From: a virus | Lineage: Duplodnaviria; Heunggongvirae; Uroviricota; Caudoviricetes | IMG/VR virus record: IMGVR_UViG_3300014846_000028 | Location: 1-5,925 of that record | DNA length: 5,925 nt | Direction: 5' to 3' (one strand) | In this document: piece by piece, positions 1 through 4,155 of the stretch | Numbering within the stretch: the stretch's first letter is position 1 | Layout of the letters: every line of letters begins with the position of its first letter | The notes under the pieces: model-generated | The model's input: only the letters and a program-made list of their open reading frames with translations | The model's database searches: none | Told to the model about the DNA's origin: nothing | Position numbers and translations under genes: made by a program

Positions 1-537
1 CTGGCTGCTAAAAAAGTCAGATCGGGCCTGTCGGCTGCCGTTCTGGCACTGATTGCCGTCGGTGCGCCCGCGCCTGATATTCTCGACCAGTTTCTGGATG
101 AAAAAGAGGGTAACCACACTACGGCATACCGCGATGGTTCCGGCATCTGGACCATCTGTCGGGGGGCCACGATGGTGGATGGAAAACCCGTTTTTCCCGG
201 TATGAAACTGTCGAAGGAAAAATGCGACCAGGTCAACGCCATTGAGCGTGATAAGGCGCTGGCATGGGTGGAGAAAAACATCAAAGTGCCATTGAGCGAA
301 CCCCAGAAAGCGGGGATCGCGTCATTCTGTCCGTACAACATTGGTCCCGGTAAGTGTTTCCCGTCGACGTTTTATAAACGAATTAATGCAGGTGATCGCA
401 GGGGAGCGTGTGAGGCGATTCGCTGGTGGATTAAGGACGGTGGCAGAGACTGCCGTATTCGTTCAAACAACTGCTACGGTCAGGTATCCCGTCGTGACCA
501 GGAGAGTGCGCTGGCGTGCTGGGGTATCGACAGATAA
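1..537 (+). CDS. Phage endolysin (T4-lysozyme-like muramidase with N-terminal SAR-type segment), 5'-partial
   Basis: Frame 1 is open from position 1 to TAA at 535-537. The translation from position 1 reads LAAKKVRSGLSAAVLALIAVGAPAPDILDQFLDEKEGNHTTAYRDGSGIWTICRGAT..., a weakly hydrophobic Gly/Ala-rich segment followed by the E-x8-D-x5-T catalytic spacing (EG...RDGSGIWT) of T4-lysozyme-like and phage 21 R-type SAR endolysins. The C-terminal part matches the RrrD/R21 family as recalled. The start codon lies upstream of the window. Confidence 0.9.
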   Translation: MAAKKVRSGLSAAVLALIAVGAPAPDILDQFLDEKEGNHTTAYRDGSGIWTICRGATMVDGKPVFPGMKLSKEKCDQVNAIERDKALAWVEKNIKVPLSEPQKAGIASFCPYNIGPGKCFPSTFYKRINAGDRRGACEAIRWWIKDGGRDCRIRSNNCYGQVSRRDQESALACWGIDR

Positions 538-626
538 GCAGAATATTTTGCTGAAAAATAAGGCATGGCCACGCGGGCGGATAACACGAAATCCTGCGAA
601 CTGGCGAAACGTAAGTGAATAAAAGT

Positions 627-666
627 AAAAACCCCGTTTGTTGGCAGCAAGCGGGGTTTTGTTTTT
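627..666 (+). terminator. Rho-independent terminator (9-bp GC-rich stem AAAACCCCG/CGGGGTTTT followed by TTTTGTTTTT)
   Basis: Perfect inverted repeat AAAACCCCG (627-636) and CGGGGTTTT (652-660) with a T-rich run to 666. It lies about 90 nt after the endolysin stop. An A-run upstream (621-630) would allow function on the minus strand too. Confidence 0.6.
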
Positions 667-731
667 ATGGCAGTAAGCTATGGGAGGCTGCCTTGATTGA
701 TTTTAGCAAACTGATTAGGGAGTTGCGACTC

Positions 732-827
732 ATGATTAGTCAATTACCAAACTGGAAATTTTTGCTGGTCTGGAGCATCCCTTTTTTATGGGTAGTATCC
801 CAGTTAATTGTGGCAATTAAGGGGTAG
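732..827 (+). CDS. Hypothetical small hydrophobic peptide A (31 aa from ATG 732; 44 aa if the in-frame TTG at 693 is used)
   Basis: ATG 732 is preceded by AGGGAG (717-722); the in-frame TTG 693 is preceded by GGGAGG (682-687). Translation is MISQLPNWKFLLVWSIPFLWVVSQLIVAIKG, a single predicted transmembrane segment. Its C-terminus (LIVAIKG) resembles that of peptide C (LVIALKS). Stop TAG 825-827 lies 2 nt before the next start. Confidence 0.25.
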   Translation: MISQLPNWKFLLVWSIPFLWVVSQLIVAIKG

Positions 828-829
828 CT

Positions 830-961
830 ATGTCAGACAAACTCATAACGCCGGCAAAGGTCCTGTGTGTGATTGTCGGTATTTCATTTTCACTAATGCT
901 GGTTGCTCTTTTTCTGTCCCTCGCCTGGGTGATGTTGTCTTCGTCGGGGCTGCTGGGGTGA
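830..961 (+). CDS. Hypothetical small membrane peptide B (43 aa, single predicted TM helix)
   Basis: ATG 830 is preceded by AAGGGG (820-824) at good spacing. Translation is MSDKLITPAKVLCVIVGISFSLMLVALFLSLAWVMLSSSGLLG: a Lys-containing N-terminus followed by a roughly 25-residue hydrophobic core. Stop TGA 959-961 overlaps the GTG start of peptide C. Confidence 0.35.
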   Translation: MSDKLITPAKVLCVIVGISFSLMLVALFLSLAWVMLSSSGLLG

Positions 962-1080
962 CAGTGACTGATGACATCAGCAGAGCGCTGGCTTTTGCTA
1001 TTAAGTGGGTGGCTGTTGGTATTGCTGTGTCTCCGATGCTATATGGGCTGGCAAAACTGGTCATTGCGCTGAAATCGTGA
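958..1080 (+). CDS. Hypothetical small hydrophobic peptide C (about 38-40 aa; GTG start at 958 or 964)
   Basis: Frame-1 ORF ending at TGA 1078-1080, translation (V)TVTDDISRALAFAIKWVAVGIAVSPMLYGLAKLVIALKS. GGGG at 955-958 lies upstream of GTG 964. The core RALAFAIKWVAVGIAV matches peptide D (RAMAFAIRIVAIAVLV), with many differences at third codon positions, which suggests coding constraint in this frame. Confidence 0.3.
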   Translation: MTVTDDISRALAFAIKWVAVGIAVSPMLYGLAKLVIALKS

Positions 1081-1091
1081 ACTTTAAAAAG

Positions 1092-1178
1092 ATGAGTGCT
1101 GAACTTATTCGGGCAATGGCATTTGCCATTCGTATTGTGGCCATTGCTGTTCTGGTCTGGGCAATTCGTTGGTGGTGA
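1092..1178 (+). CDS. Hypothetical small hydrophobic peptide D (28 aa), paralogous to peptide C
   Basis: ATG 1092 to TGA 1176-1178, translation MSAELIRAMAFAIRIVAIAVLVWAIRWW. The stop is 1 nt before the Rz ATG at 1180. There is no strong Shine-Dalgarno, so any translation may depend on coupling to peptide C, which ends 11 nt upstream. Confidence 0.3.
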   Translation: MSAELIRAMAFAIRIVAIAVLVWAIRWW

Positions 1179-1179
1179 T

Positions 1180-1638
1180 ATGAACCGTGTTCTGTGTGTG
1201 GTGATTATTGTCATGCTGGTGGCCTGTGGTGCGCTTAGTCTGGGGCTGAATCATTACCGTGATAACGCCATAACCTACAAAGAGCAGCGCGATAAAAAAG
1301 TCAGTGAGCTGGAGCAGGCAAATGCAACCATTACTGATATGCAGCAGCGCCAGCGTGATGTTGCTGCACTTGATGCCAGATACTCGAGGGAATTAGCCGA
1401 TGCGAGAGCTGAAAATGAAACTCTGCGCGCTGACGTTGCCGCTGGTCGTAAGCGCCTGCGTATCAACGCCACCTGTCCAGGTCCCGTGCGTGAAGCCACC
1501 GGCACCGCCCGCGTGGATAATGCAACCGGCCCCCGACTGGCAGACACCGCCGCATTATTTCACCCTCAGAGAGCGGTTGATGACAATGCAGAAGCAGCTG
1601 GAAGGGGCGCAGGAATATATCCGCACTCAGTGCACTAA
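1180..1638 (+). CDS. Rz: i-spanin Rz (lambda Rz-like), with C-terminal region out of frame after about codon 125
   Basis: Translation [99 protein letters not shown]...RLADTA aligns closely with lambda Rz as recalled ([39 protein letters not shown]...RLADTAERDYFTLRERL...). After RLADTA this frame reads unrelated sequence ([28 protein letters not shown]) to TGA 1636-1638, while the conserved Rz C-terminus (YFTLRERLMTMQKQLEGAQEYIRTQC) appears in the +1 frame. Confidence 0.8.
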   Translation: [152 protein letters not shown]

Positions 1639-1669
1639 GCTGGCTTTTTATTATCCGGAGAATGCATGA
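1400..1669 (+). CDS. Rz1: o-spanin Rz1 lipoprotein embedded in Rz (+1 frame); here the frame runs on into the Rz C-terminal domain (89-aa fusion ORF)
   Basis: Translation MRELKMKLCALTLPLVVSACVSTPPVQVPCVKPPAPPAWIMQPAPDWQTPP... has a signal peptide, a lipobox (LVVSAC) and a Pro-rich mature region matching lambda Rz1 as recalled (MLKLKMMLCVMMLPLVVVGCTSKQSVSQCVKPPPPPAWIMQPPPDWQTPLNGIISPSERG). Instead of stopping after DWQTP it continues as HYFTLRERLMTMQKQLEGAQEYIRTQCTKLAFYYPENA to TGA 1667-1669. Confidence 0.55.
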   Translation: MRELKMKLCALTLPLVVSACVSTPPVQVPCVKPPAPPAWIMQPAPDWQTPPHYFTLRERLMTMQKQLEGAQEYIRTQCTKLAFYYPENA

Positions 1670-1890
1670 AGAAATTACTGGTAACCGTAAAGCCTTTTCA
1701 GGGAACAATTCCGTTCCGTATTTTGCAGCGTGGTCGTGTTCTTGTTGAAGGTTCGTTCAGTGGTAAATGTACGCAATTACATTCCCGGACCTTTCAGGTG
1801 AATGCCACGAATGAAGAGCTAACCGTTGAGTGTACGATGAATGCCGCTAAATGCCGCATGGTATCCGCTGCATTACAGCCAGTGTGTTGA
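1666..1890 (+). CDS. Hypothetical protein (74 aa, Cys-containing), start overlapping the spanin-frame stop (ATGA)
   Basis: ATG 1666 is preceded by GGAG (1655-1658). Translation is MKKLLVTVKPFQGTIPFRILQRGRVLVEGSFSGKCTQLHSRTFQVNATNEELTVECTMNAAKCRMVSAALQPVC. I do not recognise a family; the call rests on ORF, RBS and coupling only. Confidence 0.4.
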   Translation: MKKLLVTVKPFQGTIPFRILQRGRVLVEGSFSGKCTQLHSRTFQVNATNEELTVECTMNAAKCRMVSAALQPVC

Positions 1891-2171
1891 GTGACCTTAT
1901 TATCCATGCGCGGTATTGTCGCCGTATTCCTGCATTAACAGAGACCGCAGCCCGACAGGGAGACTCCTCTGCGAGAGTGTGCGGGGATAATCAAAAACGA
2001 TACACACCGGGGTTTACCGCGTTAACGGAGCGCGGCGTTGTCCCCTCATGGTCGCTGGTCCGGTGCGATGGTGGAAGAAACCGGACGATGTGTTACCTCG
2101 CAAGCTCTGTTATGTCATGTGTCTGATTTGTGATTTAAGTCGGATAATTGTCGTTGCCATTAAACAGAGGA

Positions 2172-2213
2172 TTGATGACCGACAGGGTGGCATTGTTAGA
2201 ATAAGACTTATTC
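2172..2213 (+). promoter_or_regulatory. Candidate sigma70-type promoter (-35 ATGACC/TTGATG, -10 TAGAAT) with an overlapping 15-bp palindrome GAATAAGACTTATTC (2199-2213), upstream of the lipoprotein gene
   Basis: TAGAAT at 2197-2202 lies 16 nt downstream of ATGACC (2175-2180). The perfect 7-bp-arm palindrome overlaps the -10 and predicted start region, where an operator would sit. It follows a roughly 330-nt non-coding stretch. Confidence 0.3.
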
Positions 2214-2234
2214 TTATCTGTGCCGGGAATGAAA

Positions 2235-2561
2235 ATGAAAAGAAATCTTCCGTTAATTATTTTGTTGTCTTCTCTGGTTATGGGCTGTACGCAACATAAA
2301 ACAGATATGCCCCGACAGTTGGTTAAGGCATTACCACAATATCCGGCCTATGCAGCGGCAAATTATATAAAGGGACGGGTTGATGTGAAGTTTGATATTG
2401 GTGCTGATGGTACTGTCACCCGAATTGAGTTTATCCGTTCAGAGCCGCACCATTTGTTTGATGAGCAGGTTGTAAAGGCGATGGCAAAATGGCGATTTGA
2501 GAAGGACAGGCCGTGTAAAGGCGTGAAGAAAACGTTTATCTTTAGTCCTTCTGCACCCTGA
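2235..2561 (+). CDS. Lipoprotein consisting of a signal peptide, lipobox and a TonB C-terminal-like domain (TonB_C family)
   Basis: ATG 2235 (GGGAA upstream; alternative in-frame starts GTG 2220 and ATG 2229). N-terminus MKRNLPLIILLSSLVMGC is a signal peptide with lipobox LVMG/C and Thr at +2. The mature region PQYPAYAAANYIKGRVDVKFDIGADGTVTRIEFIRSEPHHLFDEQVVKAMAKWRFE aligns with the E. coli TonB C-terminal domain as recalled ([56 protein letters not shown]). Stop TGA 2559-2561. Confidence 0.8.
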   Translation: MKRNLPLIILLSSLVMGCTQHKTDMPRQLVKALPQYPAYAAANYIKGRVDVKFDIGADGTVTRIEFIRSEPHHLFDEQVVKAMAKWRFEKDRPCKGVKKTFIFSPSAP

Positions 2562-2692
2562 TTATTTCATCAGAAATTAATTATCACTCTGTTGTTATTC
2601 TGTACATCCCGGCAGGGTAAGTCTTGTTCCGTCGGATATGAAGATGAAATATTGTTGGAGGACAGTGGGTACCTGCTCCTGTAACCGAACGT

Positions 2693-2893
2693 TCATTTCT
2701 CGTTATTTTTCATGCTGGCCGGGCGCAGATGCGTTGCATCTGTTGCCAGCCTTCTCCTGCAGGCTTCAATAACCCACGCTGAAAAGTTACCGGACCCTTT
2801 ATGCTCAAGGGCGATGCTGATCTGTTCAATCATGTGATTGGGGAAACGGATATTGCGGGTTGTGGTTCTGCGGGTCCGGTTTTTCGATGACAT
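2693..2893 (-). CDS. Small ribbon-helix-helix-like protein (66 aa), resembling the prophage YlcI/DUF3950 family as recalled
   Basis: Minus-strand ATG at 2893 with AAGGAA 6 nt upstream. Translation MSSKNRTRRTTTRNIRFPNHMIEQISIALEHKGSGNFSAWVIEACRRRLATDATHLRPASMKNNEK has a basic N-terminus, a short strand-like RNIRFP and two predicted helices, typical of Arc/MetJ/CopG-type folds. Divergent from the HNH gene. Confidence 0.75.
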   Translation of the reverse strand: MSSKNRTRRTTTRNIRFPNHMIEQISIALEHKGSGNFSAWVIEACRRRLATDATHLRPASMKNNEK

Positions 2894-2934
2894 ATTTATT
2901 TCCTTTACTGATTGTCATATGACGGGGATTTTAC

Positions 2935-3300
2935 ATGGCTGAGCTTCGTACACTCCAGAGCAGAATCAAAACACTGAATACCCGACGGGTGAATATTCTG
3001 AAGGGGGAACAGCGTCGTGTCAGTGGCAGTGCACGTGTTTCCCTCAAGCGTCATATCTGGCTCAGGGACGCCGGGCAGTGCTGTATCTGTGGTCGTGTGG
3101 TTGACCTCTGTGACAGTGAACTTGATCACCGAATTGCACTTCAGTTCGGTGGTGGTAATGAGGAGACGAATCTCTGGACGCTCTGTACCGAATGCCATCG
3201 ACAAAAGTCTGCTCGTGAAGCGGCGGGTGGTATGCCGGACCCGACGCTGCCGGAGGTGTCCGGAGGTAGTGGCAGAGCGGACGACATCATCGGACTGTAA
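2935..3300 (+). CDS. HNH endonuclease (phage terminase-associated type)
   Basis: Translation contains CCICGRVVDLCDSELDHRIALQFGGGNEETNLWTLCTECHRQK, the canonical HNH motif (CxxC...DH...N...CxxCH). GGGG RBS upstream of ATG 2935. Position immediately upstream of the cos region and TerS matches HK97-like packaging modules. Confidence 0.9.
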   Translation: MAELRTLQSRIKTLNTRRVNILKGEQRRVSGSARVSLKRHIWLRDAGQCCICGRVVDLCDSELDHRIALQFGGGNEETNLWTLCTECHRQKSAREAAGGMPDPTLPEVSGGSGRADDIIGL

Positions 3301-3393
3301 CCCGACCCGGGGGGGGGGATCATCCGGCGTAAAAAACGATCGCTTTGGACACCGCGCCCCCTCTCACGCAGAGAAAAAATTCCCGTTTCAGGG

Positions 3394-3519
3394 CAGTTAA
3401 CATGTTAACTGGCTTCCCGGGCATTTTTGCGGTTTTTATCTTTATTATTCAGTTTGTTGTGCGGAAAAAATGTTAACTGGCTTTTTCAGCAAATGTTAAC
3501 CAGGCAGCAGTTAACATTT
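3394..3519. repeat. Cluster of five GTTAAC-core sites (CAGTTAACAT / ATGTTAACTG in both orientations), including an 18-bp perfect palindrome and a 10-bp inverted repeat; probable terminase-binding (cosB-like) elements
   Basis: Perfect palindrome CAGTTAACATGTTAACTG at 3394-3411; ATGTTAACTGGCTT at 3402-3415 and again at 3470-3483; inverted repeat AAATGTTAAC (3491-3500) and GTTAACATTT (3510-3519) separated by 9 nt. I found only one other GTTAAC in the window (about 2021). The cluster sits between HNH and TerS, with an AT-rich stretch at 3421-3460 between copies. Confidence 0.5.
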
Positions 3520-3591
3520 GCGGCATGAGACGCCGGGAAAAATGGGCTGAACCATACCCGGCTGAGTGCGTTCTGGACCCGGGAGGAGGCT

Positions 3592-4155
3592 GTGCTGACA
3601 ACGCAAAAACGAAAATTTGCGCTGGCGCTCATGTCCGGGAAAAACAAAACAGCGTCAGCCATTGCCGCCGGTTATTCGGCGAAGACCGCCAGGGTTAAAG
3701 GCTCGCAGCTGGCAAAAGATCCGGAGGTGCTTGCGTTTATAGCCCGTAAACAATGCGAGACGGTGGAGGTGGATGAGGTTCCTGTTTACCGGCAGAAAAA
3801 ATCAGAGCAGGAGGATAAACCCCGTCGTCGTGAGGCGGCTGCAATACCACAGCCGGACGAAAACAATCCGGAGATGCCACCGTCCGTGGTGATATCTCCT
3901 GGTATTGAGTATATGGAGGACGGTCTTCCCGATCCGGTGAAAGCGATGGGGCGTCTTCTGGTGGAGAACATTAATACCGACCCCAGGCTGGCGCTGGATG
4001 CGGCTTATAAGCTGGCGCAGTTCACGCACCACAAAAAAGGGGATGCCGGTAAAAAATCGGCAAAAGGTGACGCGGCGAAAAAAGCGGCTAACCGTTTTGC
4101 GGTGCCACCACCACCCCGCCTGGTGGTGAATAATGATAACGAGGGGAACGGATGA
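3592..4155 (+). CDS. terS: Terminase small subunit (Terminase_2-like family)
   Basis: GTG 3592 is preceded by GGGAGGAGG (3581-3589). The N-terminal region KRKFALALMSGKNKTASAIAAGYSAKTARVKGSQLAKDPEV matches the conserved AGYSxKTA...GSxL signature of phage small terminase subunits. An acidic, Pro-rich C-terminal tail follows. Stop TGA 4153-4155 overlaps the TerL ATG (ATGA). Confidence 0.85.
   Translation: MLTTQKRKFALALMSGKNKTASAIAAGYSAKTARVKGSQLAKDPEVLAFIARKQCETVEVDEVPVYRQKKSEQEDKPRRREAAAIPQPDENNPEMPPSVVISPGIEYMEDGLPDPVKAMGRLLVENINTDPRLALDAAYKLAQFTHHKKGDAGKKSAKGDAAKKAANRFAVPPPPRLVVNNDNEGNG

Noticed and set aside
565-618. 17-codon ORF (MATRADNTKSCELAKRK) in the spacer after the endolysin gene
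   Set aside because: Poor RBS spacing, hydrophilic, no similarity to neighbouring peptides, and it ends right at the terminator; most likely non-coding leader or trailer sequence.
341-827. ORFs 341-622 (+) and the N-terminal part of 615-827 (+)
   Set aside because: 341-622 is an alternative frame across the endolysin 3' end and spacer. The first half of 615-827 reads straight through the terminator hairpin; only its 3' portion (peptide A, from 693 or 732) has an RBS and hydrophobic character.
693-1178. Calling the small-ORF cluster a type I toxin-antitoxin locus
   Set aside because: I could not identify a convincing antisense promoter and terminator pair for an sRNA antitoxin by eye, and the apparent similarity to known small toxins is too weak to assert homology; the cluster is reported as unassigned small membrane peptides.
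808-1214. 90-aa ORF 808-1080 (+) as a single gene, and 123-aa minus-strand ORF 843-1214
   Set aside because: The 5' half of 808-1080 overlaps peptide B, which has the better RBS and start; only the 3' part (peptide C) shows paralogue-level conservation. The minus-strand ORF is low-complexity antisense of the hydrophobic peptides and lacks an RBS.
1275-1708. Minus-strand ORFs 1275-1547 and 1463-1708 overlapping Rz/Rz1
   Set aside because: Antisense shadows of the conserved spanin genes; Arg/Ser/Ala-rich with no start context.
1851-2299. ORFs 1851-2126 (+) and 2048-2299 (+) in the region upstream of the lipoprotein gene
   Set aside because: No Shine-Dalgarno sequences, mutually overlapping frames, and the second runs into the lipoprotein gene out of frame. 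The region is better treated as non-coding.
2914-2923. 10-bp palindrome GTCATATGAC upstream of the minus-strand RHH-like gene as a definite operator
   Set aside because: A 10-bp perfect palindrome is expected several times by chance in about 6 kb, so it is not significant alone; mentioned only as a candidate in the related finding.
3309-3318. G10 homopolymer as a biological signal in its own right (for example a phase-variation tract)
   Set aside because: It is intergenic and not within a coding frame, so slipped-strand phase variation of a protein is not supported. It may be part of cos or simply an error-prone homopolymer; kept only as context in the cos finding.
2905-3400. ORFs 2905-3204 (-), 3017-3400 (+) and 3141-3323 (-) overlapping the HNH gene and cos region
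   Set aside because: Alternative frames of the well-supported HNH gene; 3017-3400 also runs through the G10 tract and palindromes.
3394-3519. Possibility that the GTTAAC-containing repeats are a CRISPR array or a transposon inverted repeat
   Set aside because: Repeat units are short (10-18 bp), occur in both orientations with irregular spacing, and there are no spacer-like units or transposase gene. The position between HNH and TerS favours a cos or terminase-binding region.
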